Assembly: GCF_006345805.1 (NCBI RefSeq)
Contig: NC_043001.1
Span: 31,682,001-31,746,000, forward strand
DNA from: Octopus sinensis
Taxonomy: Eukaryota
Direction of reading: 5' to 3'
DNA: 64,000 nt
In this document: positions 1 to 13,069 of the stretch, one piece after another
Layout: each line of letters begins with the position of its first letter
Numbering within the stretch: position 1 is the stretch's first letter
Notes under the pieces: model-generated
Told to the model about the DNA's origin: nothing
Databases searched by the model: none
The model's input: the letters and a program-made list of their open reading frames with translations, nothing else
Program-made: the position numbers and the translations under genes

Positions 1-3000
1 ATTAATGTCTTTTTTTGTTTTTCCCAAATAGATTTTTACAGACTTCGCCAGTAAGCAGAATTTTATTTCCGGGGCCTAGTAAAACTACAAGCCTTGTAAA
101 AACCCCCTTCATTGACTTATCGTCTTTTGACACGTTTATGGAGTCAACGAGTAGAATTAGTTTTACTTTTACCCTTTCTTTTTAAGATGTTAGGAGCAGT
201 TAGCTTTTTGTTTTATACAAAATAACAAAAAAATACGTAAGGGTTACGGGAGACATCTAGTCACTTGTCGAGAGATAGATAGATAGATAGAGTACATGAA
301 CTTGGCGGAAGGGTTTTTTTAAAAATCTTTTTTTTTTGCAGACGAATAGTCTTCTAAGTCATTCATCCATGAATTATGAAATCTTACCTAAGCAGTTCTC
401 GTTAGTCCGTAGGCAAAAACCACTCACGCCATTCCACGCCGAGTTTAACTTTCTCGATTGGAGCAATCGTATGTACAAAACTACTACTACTACTACTACT
501 AATTAACTACTACCACCTCCACCACTATTCCAAAAAGACTCAACGTCGTTACTTGACCTGCAAGAAATAGCAGTCAAATCTCAATTCCAGAACCGTCTTT
601 AAAAGAACAAAGAAACAGCAGTCGATAATGGTAACCCTGTCAATATATGTATGTATGGATTGAAAAGGGCACGATGGCTAAGACGAGAAAACCTTGACCA
701 GGACTAAACATTAACTTTCTCTCTTACACACACACACACACACACTCGTTTGTGGCCGTAAATATGGCAAGTTCGGCTCGTAGCCACCTAGGTCCGGGTT
801 AGGTTGTACTGCTCGACACCTCTCATGAGTGTCGTCTATCATAGATTTCTGAAGGTGTGTCCAGAGTTAGTTGGAAACTATGGGGAAGCCAGTCGTTGTG
901 TTCAAACAAACCTATGACAGTGTTCCAGTAATGACTATCTATTATATGTTATTCAATCGGCAGAAGTTATTAAGTGATTAAATAATGAGTGTGTGTGTGT
1001 GTGTGTATGTGTACACACACACTCATGTCTGAGTTCTATTCCCCCTCTCTCTCACTCTATATGTGTGTGTCTGTCTTTCGCTGAAGTACGCCGGCGCAAG
1101 ATATACATAGATGGACAACGCTACTCCTATCCGAAACAGGTGCTTTTGAATAAATTTTTTTTTCGAAAAAAAAAAAAAAAAAAAAAAATAATAATAATGT
1201 ATGGCATTTATTCTGCCTGAAAATAACCTTATTACTGTCGTCATAAATCCAAATGCACTGAAAATGTGACTTGACCCACTGCAAGACTGATAACCAACGG
1301 CGCCATTGTTCACCATAAGCTATACATATAAACTCATCGTGCAATTATGCCGACTCTTCGCCCCAGCATTTTCATTTAGTTGCTTTGCACTGAGTCGGTC
1401 TTTGGGGTTACGTGGTACTACCTATTATGTCAGCCAGCAAATCGATGACAAAAATGTCTTCGTATCGCTGTTTGCCATGGATACAGCATCTTTTAGAGGA
1501 GGTCTTTTTCGATGAATGACAAACAACCATCTGGTGCTATTTTCACTTATTAAACATACGCTCCAGCCATGACCATCTCATTTTCTCCCCCTCCCCCCAT
1601 TTAAATGTATAGAGTAGTGGTAGTGGTAGAAGCAGCATACGGTTAGCTTCGTCACAAGAAGTTCGTAAGTATTTGAGCATCGTAAGAAACTCGGAGTGGA
1701 AACGAAGTGAGTTTTTTTGTCTACAAGACTAAACGAGAAGCGACTAGGTAGGACTTGAGTTTTCGCAGATGAATGACTAATAGCATGTAGGAAGATCATC
1801 CGATAAAAAAAAAAAAAAAAACCTAAAAAGAAAGAAAAAAAAAACCAATAAAAAAGTGAGAGAGAGAGAGAGAGTGACACTCCTGTCAACTTCATTAACC
1901 AATGAAATTTTACATCTAAGATGGTAAGGTGCGATTTCGAGAGGGATTTGGCTGCTATTTCTAGTAACCCGAAAGCGACCAGGTTGCCTCACTACAACTA
2001 AAGCCCTTTCAAACATTTATGAAGCGAAATGTTCTCTCTCTTGCTGCGTGTGTGCAACGTTATTCATTCGACTAGGTGTGTCGCTAATAACAGGATGTGA
2101 GTGTGTATGTACATGTTCGTGTAGGTGTGGCACATGTTGCGTATGTCTGTGAACGTGGGTGTGTGTGATGAAGCTATAGTGTGCGGCTGTGTGAAGGAAT
2201 GACGTGTGAGCGAGCAGATGGAGGTTTAGAGAGTGTGTAGACAGTGAAAATGTCTGGGTGTGCTTGTTGCTATTGTTTTAACCACAAGCCAACCTTTATC
2301 GATTAGGCAGACATAGATCAAAAGCGTTTCAGATATGACCATCCCATCCTTATATTATATATTATATTTGACGTTTTAGCTTACACTTAACTCCACGTTC
2401 TTCATACAGAGGCATCTCAGGGAAAATTTTCTAATGCAGCATCCCTTAAATGGAATATAATATTGAGCTGTCAGATAATTTCGTTCGTTTCTCTCCATAC
2501 TAAATTTCTTTTTCTTTGTCCTAGTGTTTTATGATTTTTCTTTTTTTTTTCTTTTCAGAAACTCTATTCTTCTCCTGCAACCTTTCTTTACCGTTTTTGA
2601 AATTTGAATAAATTTAACTCTTTTCAAACATATGACGGGGTGTCGAGTAGGAAAAAAACCCCCCAAAAAACGAACGAATTTATCTGACAACTTGATCTAT
2701 ATCATAATTAACGGGTTCATTTTTCAAGTCCTATTTCGTCTATTTACTCTTAATTTTTTCTTTAGTTTTACGAAGCTGGAATTAGTTGTAGTTTACAAAA
2801 GGACGAAGAACACGTTGGTCTGCACATGTGATTGATGCGTTACGGAGAGAGGGATAACAGATGAATAAACAAGTACCAGGATATTTAAGTGGAAGAAAAA
2901 CTGCGGAAGAAGACCAAGCTAGGCATGTGCAGAAATGGTAAAAACTCGCAGACACCGAATCTTACAAAAGACGTGACAAAAAGAACGTAACAAATGGTGT

Positions 3001-3174
3001 CGGCAAGGGCGTAAAAATAATGACAATGAATGTTAATTGACCTGATGTAATTAATATATTGCTTTCGATGTTATCTTTTACTAGTGAGAGTCATTGAAAA
3101 TGGTCATGCTGGGGCACCACCTTGAAGGGTGTAGTCGAACAAATCGACCCCAATAGCTCTCTCTCTTTCTCTCT

Positions 3175-3364
3175 CAGGGGGAGCCGAAATGTTCCTGGAT
3201 TTAAAGGGTAAGGCTCAACCTTCGAAGTTCTTTTACAGGACTTGGAAAAACTGAAGGACCGCTGCAATAATTTGAGAGGGGAATGTGTTGAATAAAATAA
3301 TAATTAACTGATCCCCTTGTATTTTCTTTTACCCAAAGCCAGGAACTTTTCATCACCCCCTTGT
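3175..3364 (+). mobile_element. Mariner-derived MITE (diverged copy)
   Basis: Imperfect terminal inverted repeats; shares internal sequence (ttttacaggacttggaaaaactgaaggaccgc...gaggggaatgtgttgaataa) with the copy at 36887-37107. Confidence 0.75.
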
Positions 3365-3384
3365 GTTATATATATATATATATA

Positions 3385-3776
3385 GGAGTGGCTGTGTGGT
3401 AAGTAGCTTGTTTACCAACCACATGGTTCCGGGTTCAGTCCCACTGCGTGGCACCTTGGGCAAGTGTCTTCTACTATAGCATCGGGCCGACCAAAGCCTT
3501 GTGAGTGGATTTGGTAGACGGAAACTGAAAGAAGCCCGTCGTATATATGTATATACATATGCGTGTGTGTGTTTGTGTGTCTGTATTTGTCCCCCTAGCA
3601 TTGCTTGACAACCGATGCTGGTGTGTTTATGTCCCCGTTACTTAGCGGTTCGGCAAAAGAGACCGATAAAATAAGTACTGGGCTTACAAAAGAATAAGTC
3701 CCGGGGTCGAGTTGCTCGATTAAATGCGGTGCTCCAGCATGGCCGCAGTCAAATGACTGAAACAAGTAAAAGAGTA
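3385..3776 (+). mobile_element. tRNA-derived SINE family A (CORE-like), full length
   Basis: A box tggctgtgtgg, B box ggttcagtccc, MIR-core-like accttgggcaagt, internal microsatellite, tail gaaacaagtaaaagagta; over a dozen related copies in the window. Confidence 0.9.
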
Positions 3777-3778
3777 AG

Positions 3779-3824
<46 letters not shown>

Positions 3825-4639
3825 CTAGTTTATTGGATCAGGGTGCGATTAAAGCGGTGCCATGTGGATTAGCGTATCACAGATGACTTAGGCTAATACG
3901 ATAGGTCTTACACATGAGCTCGTGTCGGTACATGTTTGGTAGCATTAAGATGTTCATATGCCGGAAAAAAAAATGAGATAGGGAGGGAGGCCCAAATATA
4001 GGTCAACGCGTTGAATAAAGTTTGCTTGAATGTGGGTCAATCCACCGAAAAGAAAAAAAAAAAACAACAAATAAAAGAAAGCCGAATGTGGGTCAACATC
4101 CTAAAAATGGAACACACTGACTTTCAGACAATATGCAGTTAGATGTCTCACTGCCAGCCAATAAGGCAGCAAGCGATGATCATGGGGGACATGTAGCAAA
4201 ATATAAAGGAATTTCATGATAGCAAAGGCCAAACTGCAAAGGTGTGTGTCCCCTATGGCTGCCAGTCAATATACAAGTCAGTGATGACTTGAACCCTAAC
4301 AAGGAGTTTGTGTGTGTGTGTGTGTGTGTGTGTTCGTTCGACACTAATCTTTATTCAGTGATTCTCATTTATGCACCAAGGCGCATTACGCATACATGCA
4401 ATCCAACGATAGAGCTTTGCGTCTACGTGATCGTTCAGTCTGCTAGAAACGGCAGCTAAATCTCTCTGAAATCCCACCTAGCTGTTTTTAAACGATTACA
4501 ATACATAATGTAGTCCAAGGAACAGTAAACAACCCCCCCCCCAAAAAAAAAACGGGAAGTTCACAGCAGGATTGCCTTTCATTATGGTGCTAAGGTTGTG
4601 TTTGAAATTGACATCTTCGAGATGACGCCATGTAGTTCT

Positions 4640-5300
4640 ATGAAAACTATGTCACAAAGTGGTCGCTGGGGGAACTGTGTTGCCATGTAGCTGGGATGGC
4701 AACTCTGTGTTACCATGTGGCTGGAATGGTGGCCGGAGATGCCATGTGGTTGGAATGGTAACTGTGCTACCATGTAGCTGGAATGGTGTGTCTCTCACCA
4801 TGTAGCCGGATTGGTGACTGTGTTGCCATGTGGCTAGAACAGTGTTTCCATGTAGCTCGAACGGTGACTGTGTGTGTGTGCGTGTCTGGAATGGTAACTA
4901 AGTGTCGCCATGCGGCTGGAATGGTGACAGCGTGTTACCATGTGGTTGGAATGGTAACTGTGCTACCATGTAGTTGGAATGGTGTGTCTCACCATGTAGC
5001 CGGATTGGTGACTGTGTTGCCATGTGGCTAGAACAGTGTTTCCATGTAGCTCGAACGGTGACTGTGTGTGTGTGCGTGTCTGGAATGGTAACTAAGTGTC
5101 GCCATGCGGCTGGAATGGTGACGGCGTGTTACCATGTAGCTGGAACAGTAAACTGTATGCTGTCATGTGGTTGGAATGATGAGTGAGTGAGTGTTGCTAT
5201 GTAGCTTAGTTGGTGACTAAGTATTGCCATGTCGCTGGAATGGTGACAGCGTCGACATGGTGATTTAACAGAGAATGTGTCATGCTAGAACGATTGACTG
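4640..5300. repeat. Minisatellite (~28-31 bp unit, tgtgttgccatgtggctggaatggtgac-like) with a 191-bp higher-order duplication
   Basis: Recurrent ccatgt(a/g)gctggaatggt motif; near-identical blocks offset by 191 bp (ORFs starting at 4783 and 4974 share sequence). Confidence 0.9.
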
Positions 5301-5320
5301 TCACCATGATGGTGTCACCT

Positions 5321-5360
<40 letters not shown>

Positions 5361-6680
5361 TATACGTTATCTACACTGCAACCTGTTGACAGTACACATG
5401 TGGGGAATACATCTCAAAATACCTTTATGACATAAGTCATCACGCTGTCGATATTTAGTCTCCGGGTCAGCTGTGATCAATTGGACAGCTAAAATCAAAG
5501 GATTTCGATTATAGATGACCATATTGTATTTTTATTCCTAACACTGTACCGTGGATCACATTAATCCAATATCTAATGTATTCCCACCATTATTTTTTTT
5601 TTTAAAAAAGATATATGATAGGAGACAAATTTGACTATTTTTTCTTGCATGTCGACTACACATAACCGGAGGCTTCCTCATTAGCACGTGGTCTTTGTGT
5701 GTGTGTGTGTGTGTGTGTGCACTGCTTAGCATTTATGGTCCATGTAGAGATAACTGTACCCACGAGTTTCATGTCCGAAGTCAGTAGTGGTGTGAGTACA
5801 ACAAATAACCATATACAAGGAATATACAACACCTCTATAGTTAAAGAGGTTGTTTTCGGGTAGATCAAATATTATCAAAGGCGTTCCAACTGTCTGGAAC
5901 TACCTTGCCTAACATAATAATCCTCATTATTTGAATCAGTAGATGTTTAGTGAAGGAGATTTGGCTGCTATTTCTAACAGATCGAGTGACGACCACTTCT
6001 TTGGCGATGTAGGGGTGTATATGCAATGTGATAGATTTCGTAACTGTTGACAAGTAATGACTGGCTGTGAAGCTTTTTTTGTTTTTTTAACAGGTTAATC
6101 AGGAAGAAGAGGGCAGTACCTAAATATGATTTAAATTGTCTGAGGAAGAAAACACAACTCATGGGTTACCCTCAGCTCGACCACCTAGTTACAACGCTTC
6201 TTGGAAGAGAGTGGACTCCACTAGAAGAGTGAGTCCAAAGGTTGGCTAGTGTGGTGGTGATGGTGGCGGTAGTTAATCTGGTCGATGGATCAAGTCTAAA
6301 CTTCCTCGTACAATGTACAGCAGCACATCAGGAGGGGCTTGCATACAGTTCCTGTCTTCCAAATTTTCATTTACAGTACTCGGGTTGTCGACCGAGGCTA
6401 CAGATGGGAGACACTTATCCAACGTGTCGTGCAACAAAGTGAACCTGAAATCACGTAAATTGTGAAGCGGACTGCCTAAAAAACACACGCTCATTCCTGC
6501 ACCCACGATCAAGGTTCCGATCGGGCATACGGTACATTGTAACCGCCCCAATTTGCTTACACACACGCAATTGGTAAGCCGTGACAAAAGCACAATTTTC
6601 TTCAAAAGCAAAACTGTAATAGAAAAATGGTAATTTACACACACACACGTGATATAAGGGCGTCTTAATATGTAAGTAAA

Positions 6681-6750
6681 GGCGAGGTAGCCAAGTGGGT
6701 ACAATGTTAGACTATCTGCTAGGCTGTCACGTGTTCGAATCCACTGCATG
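6681..6750 (+). pseudogene. Decayed tRNA-like sequence or solo SINE head
   Basis: A-box-like tagccaagtgg and B-box gttcgaatcc at tRNA spacing, but acceptor and T stems do not pair. Confidence 0.45.
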
Positions 6751-7020
6751 TATTTCGTTCTTTCTGAGCAAAAACAATTAATCCTTATTATTGCAGGTTA
6801 ACTAGCTGGCAGGAAGTTTGTACAAAATCATCTGACAATGTTGCCGATATCAACTTCGCCACATGACATCGCAGCTACATACAAACCTTAAGAATTTTTT
6901 TTTCCCAAAGCTTGGTAAAAAACGTTTACACTCTTGTTTTTGTGCAAAGAATGTATGTTAAATGAAAGCTACTACTATGTCTGTCTGTGTTGAAAACACG
7001 TCTCATCATGTACCACTGTA

Positions 7021-7056
<36 letters not shown>

Positions 7057-7303
7057 AATGCGAGTGTACTTGGATGCTTTTAAGAACATGAAACGATAGC
7101 AACAACAACTCCACAGCAGAGCAAAGAACTGTGTCTTTTACTGCACTGAGCTCAATCAACTATACACAGATTCTGTTTTCAAACCCTTAATGAGCTTGGT
7201 TGCAGTCCGTCAGAAGCGAATACCTGTTTTTATATTACATACTAGGATCGGTCGATTCGGCAGATTAATACAGGATTATATACATATATATATATATATA
7301 TAT

Positions 7304-7602
7304 ATCACCGTGACCGACCAGGCTATCAGATGTTGTTACACATCGCTGGTCACAACGCGCTTCGCATTGTTTTAGCCTTCAAATGACGCCACCCCGCCGG
7401 CTAAGCGAGCAAGGCCAACAGAAGAAAGAGTGAGAGAAAGTTGTGGCGAAAGAGTACAGCAGGGATCGCCATCACCCCCTGCCGGAGCCTCGTGGAGCTT
7501 TAGGTGTTTTTGCTCAATAAACACTCGCAACGCCCGGTCTGGGAATCGAAACCGCGATCCTACAACTGCGAGTCCGCTGTCCTAATCACTGGGCCATTGC
7601 GC
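7304..7602 (-). mobile_element. tRNA-derived SINE family C, tail type 1
   Basis: Minus strand begins gcgcaatggcccagtgattaggacagcggactcgcagttgtaggatcgcggtttcgattccc; head shared with 28677, 48236, 50158 and 61878. Confidence 0.85.
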
Positions 7603-8839
7603 ATACACACACACACATATATATATATATTATATATATATATATACAACAAACAAAGAAACAGCATCAAACTTTCCTTTTTATCACGACGACCAAAAAA
7701 AAACAAAAACAAAAAAAAAAAACTAAGCTACCGGACATGTTTAACCCAAGGTCAGCATGTGTCAAAGGTTTTTCAGTCATGCCCATCATGCCTCGTACTA
7801 CATAGTCCAATGCGTCCATTTTCAAAGCTACCACGCACAACAATGTGATTCTGAGAGATATTTTTTGGTGAGAGATTTTCACGAATATCAAAAGATTTTC
7901 ATGGATGTAAGAATGCCCACATAATTAATAGCGAGCGGCGGCATGAAGGGATCGCAATAAGTGGACAAGTAAACAGCAACACGCCCGCATCACTACTCCA
8001 TAGCAACAATCATTCTAACTTAGCCATCCCATTAAAATCGCCTCGACATAGCCGTCCTATGTATTAGTCACCTTTACTCTTCCCAATGGCAATTTTGACA
8101 ACTTAGTCAAAGAGGAATTTGAAGAAAAAATATATAAGCCACGTAAACGTAGTTAAAAATTTCCCAGAAAGAGATGACAAGTGCCTCAACTTTATATATT
8201 AGTGGGATGTCGTTTTGCAGTATTTAATACCAGTTCATAGGCTTTGAGATTGAACCTAGTAGTTGCTGTTCAGCTCACGGCAACCCTAATCGAGCGAACC
8301 TTATTATCAGAACATTCTAATTACAACCATCCCACACTTTGAAGGGATGACTAGCATTTTGGCTGCTATTTCTAGCAGGTCGATGGAGAAACTTGGATGC
8401 CCCCAACGTTTATAGCATATAGTTGTAGATCTTGAAAATATTTAATTTCAATAAGATAGCTCTGCATGTTATACAAGACATTTCACTCTGCGCTCAACAT
8501 CATAAAACCGGAGCTAAGCGCCAGTTCTTGAAACCTTTACTAAGTAAGCAACGGTTCCTAAAACCCCCATCGTTCGATGGACCACAAAATCCAACCGTAT
8601 CCTCCCTTAAACCGCATCCAATCGTCTGCTGAAACACGAATGCAAGGATAATACGATCCAAAGTGCACAATAAACAAATAAATAAATAAATAAATAAATA
8701 AATAAAAAATAAAATAAAATAAAAATAATCGGGTTGTTCAACACTGGAATGTCTTTGGGTATAGATTGCTCTAAGAGGGATGAAATGATGTTAAATAGCG
8801 GAAACACCCGTTCAAGAGCTCAGAATAAATATTTGCATT

Positions 8840-9055
8840 GAGCTGGCAGAATCGTAGGAGTGTCTGAAAAAATACCTTGCGATATTTCTTCCGGTCTTTA
8901 CGTTCTGAATTCAAATCCATCCGAAGTCTCATCTTTGCTTTTTCATCCCTTCAGGGTGGTTAAAATAAAGTACCAATCAAGTACTGGAGGTCGATAGCAT
9001 TAACCAACAACCGTCCCTCAAAAGTGAAGGTCCTGTGCCTAGACTGGAGTAAATT
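8840..9055 (+). mobile_element. tRNA-derived SINE family B, diverged
   Basis: gagctggcagaa head, ttacgttctgaattcaaat B-box region, tttcatcccttcagggtggttaaaataaagtacc central block. Confidence 0.7.
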
Positions 9056-11609
9056 ATAAATTCAATAAGAACTTTTCATCGTTTTCCTTTATACCTGATA
9101 GTCAATAGAATATCGTATGCGTGTGTGCACTGTGTGCATCAAAGACAACTGTTATAGTTAAGCTCGTACCTAACACAAGCTGTGCATGTTTGTTGCAACG
9201 ATTGTAACCTTATCTATGTCCGTGTGCGCGTTGTCTGTGTTGCTATGCATACCTGTTGACTTCGATACACTACAGACAGTTAATGTTGAACGGAAACTAT
9301 CGGAGTGAGTGGTGAGCACTTTTAGACTTTCAGCACACACACAACCGTGTTATTAAAATCATAAGAGTTGCAGTAGCATGCCGCAAAACTATCAAGAAAG
9401 AAAAGAAAAGAATCGAAAAAGAAAGACAAAAGAAACAACTTATATATGAAATTTAAGTGGTCTTCAGAAATCAAATATTGATGTCTCTTACCGTTTCGCG
9501 AAAAATATTGAATCCAGTGAAAAATTGAAGAAAAACCATACGTTTTTTGTAGGAAAGACATCGGCGACAGTTTTCAAAGATGTATTACACATCAAAATTA
9601 CAGAAACACATCGTTACATTCCAGGATCGAAGTATTCGTTCGAACGACAAGAAAGACCAATGAAATTACCATGAAAACGGCATTGTGTCATCTTAAAAAT
9701 AGGATATGACACATTAGATGATGTGGTCCTAGATACTCCTAAGAAAACGGGATGGTCACACCTAGAACGATTTATAAAGCATATATCTCGTACTCGGAAA
9801 TAGCTGACCAGAGACCACACAATAACTTAGGCAATCTTTTCGGCCACTATTAATCATTACCTCAATCATTCTCAACTAACAAAAGCAATTATAAAACTTG
9901 AAACAAGAAACATTAAGATCCCCATCAAATAATAATAATAATAATCCTTTCTACTATAGGCACAAAGCCTGAAATTCTTGTGGGAGGGGGGGGGGGCTAA
10001 TCAATTACATCGATCCCAGTGCTCAACTGATACTTATTTTACCGACCCCGGAAGGATGAAAGGCGAAGTCGACCCCCGGTGGAATTTGAACTTAGAACGT
10101 GGCGATTGCAGCCACACAAACGTAATGTGGGGGGACATCACAAGGAAAGGCAACAGTTTGCGTGGGGATTAACGTAAAGGGTGTGGAGAAAGAAAAGGAA
10201 AAGTCAGTGAAATGCGATAAAAGTATACATAGTAACCAAAGTGACAACATGACTGATGTAGACCTCCTGATACAGGAGAACCTCCGACTAGGACCAATCA
10301 AAACCCCCACAATCAAAACCCCAGGATTGCTCTGACCACGAAAGGTACGAACCCTCTCTCCTGCTCTCCGATCTACAGACGCAAATCCTTTCAACTATAA
10401 GCACAACGCATGAAGTTCTGGGGAGATAAGGGTTAATTGATTTACATCGGCCCCTAGTAAGCAAGTGGTGGTTACTTGTATCGACCCCGAAAAGGATGAA
10501 AGGCAAAAATAATGAATCTATGCCAGTGACAAATAATAAAAGATATCTGAGTTAAGAGAAAAAGAAAAAAAAAACCCTGATGAAATTAAACACGTCTTAT
10601 GTCCAGTGTCTGTGTGTGTATACATACATACATACATACACACACACACAGATAAGAGATAGGGAGAATACAAAAAGGAATGAAGGTACAAAAAAAACGA
10701 ACAGGCAGAATGAAGTGAATTAATATAAAAAAAAGAAAAGAAATTATAATGCCGTTTATATTATGTAAATTAATCGACTGCTAAAAGTGTCGAGACTGGT
10801 AATGAAGTCTAATTCGTTGGAAATTGCAATACAAAGTTATATATGCAACTCTAATAATATCCAGTCACCGCCAACACCCACCCACACATACCCGTTAATC
10901 ACTAAAATATAACAGTTGGAAACAAGTTTCGCATCTTTTGTTTCACCCACACCTCCTCACAAACCCTTAATTCAGCCTATTTTTTTTTTTTTTTTTTTTT
11001 TAGATTCTTCAAAACTTAATCTATAGAAAATACATTCTGAAACTTGCTCAAATGAAATGCGATGAGATCAAAATGTTATATATATTACATGAAAGAAAAT
11101 TTACAATAAAATTCATAATTTAGACAACTGTTGGGTTCAAATAGAAGATGAGAAAGGATATAGTTATAGGAAGCATATTACAGAAATTAACATTACAAAG
11201 AAAAAATAGAATTCATTTCAATTTTACTCAGAGGAAACATGAATCTATTTATTCGATCAGACGAACTTTATTTGAAACAAAAAAAAAAAAAAATCAATAT
11301 TAGTATATGTAATTAATAAAGCACTGACTCATAATTTTACATAAACAATATTCACTAAAATTTGTTTTTTATGCTGCTTAATAGTACACATAACACAACC
11401 TATTTAGACTATTAACAGACTAATTTCACAGTGACAAAGAGATAAAACAAATTCTTTTGTGTTTTTGGTTAGTTGAGGTTCTTTGTCATCCGTGAAATTC
11501 CTTCACTACCATTTAGGAAACTTCAATGCGTGCGGCTACAATGTTTAGCGCTAGTCGCAGAGAAAAGAAAGACACACACACACACACATATACATATATA
11601 TATATATAT

Positions 11610-11650
<41 letters not shown>

Positions 11651-12250
11651 CGCCACCCCTCCCAAAGTACCTACTAAAATTAGCATAGATCAAGAGAATG
11701 TATTTCTGTTTTATTTTATTTTATTTTTTGTTGTTGTTTTTCCTTTAGTTCTTTCTACATTTTAATTGAAATCGCTGCACACACACACGTACACACAGGA
11801 GATAGGTTATCAGCTAGAGTTTAAACACGAAGATCAAAGTACATAAGTAAAAAGAGAAAAAAGAATATTAAACAAATGGAGCAACAGAGGTCACTCACAC
11901 ACACACACAACTAAAAAAAAAAAAATTAGCTTTTTTTTTCTTCTTTGTGCAATAAAAAAAAAATTACATAGCAGATACAGACACATTACGTAAGGTAACT
12001 TATTTTATGTCATCGCATTAATCTGCATTTCTTTTTCTGAAAAAAAAAAAAAAAATCCCCCAAAAAAGTTCATTAAAAAATAAGATCTGACCCTACATAA
12101 CATTCTTAATGATAAGGAGCGCGCCAACTGTGAATGGCGGGCGTTTGAAAATGTTGAAATTTGTTTGCCCGTCCGTACCCCCCAGACAGTCATGCAGGGC
12201 TGGACAACGCACATGCACACATACGCACAATTTATATATTTCATATATAT

Positions 12251-12281
<31 letters not shown>

Positions 12282-13033
12282 AGGATGTATGTAGGTTTCC
12301 CCCCGCCTTCGCCTAATAGACATAACTGTTGATCGAGCTCAAGTGAGAAAAATGCTAAAAGTATGTCAGAGAGAAAATTTGTCAGTCTGTGTAAAGACTA
12401 ACGTATTATGTATGTGTGTGTGTGTGTGCGTGTATGTAAAAATATATGTATAGCAACATGTGTATTCTTTAAATGAATGCGTGAAACTTTCTCGCCTGTA
12501 AGAAGATGTATGTGAATGCACGTATATAGAATGTGCATGAATGTGTCTGAGTGTGTGTGTGTGTAAGAGAGAGTGTAACCGTCTTGTAAGGTATGTCTCT
12601 GTATATTAGCTTGGGTGCGTCGAAGCATGTACCTATGTATGCGTCATATCAACGAAACAAATTCATATATATACATATATATATTTATATATATTTATAC
12701 ATATTTATAAATCCAAAACATAAACACGTACATATAAGCATATACATACATACATACAGAATGGTGCTATATTTGATTAATATGAAATGAGAGGGTGATT
12801 AATAGAAACAGAGAGAGAGAAAGAGAAAGGGAGTTAAAGAGAAGAGATCAATGGTGAATTCTTGTGTACGTGTGTGCGTCTTGGTTTTGCAGCAACATAG
12901 GTTCCAGCGATCGTTGTCAACACATGCTTCTCTTGTCTAATTAGCAACACCATCGCCTTTTAGAAAACTATGTTGTTAAAAGCACACTGTGTGTGTATAG
13001 TTACATACACAGACACACACATATGTATGTATG

Positions 13034-13069
<36 letters not shown>

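Noticed and set aside
4640-5300. CRISPR-like regular repeats
   Set aside because: No unique spacers, degenerate units, no cas genes, eukaryotic context: a minisatellite.
6681-6750. Functional tRNA gene
   Set aside because: A and B boxes present but the cloverleaf stems do not pair.
9468-9674. 68-codon stop-free plus-strand frame after a cttcag acceptor (KSNIDVSY...ERPMKLP*)
   Set aside because: No recognisable homology, weak acceptor, and length within chance expectation over six frames.
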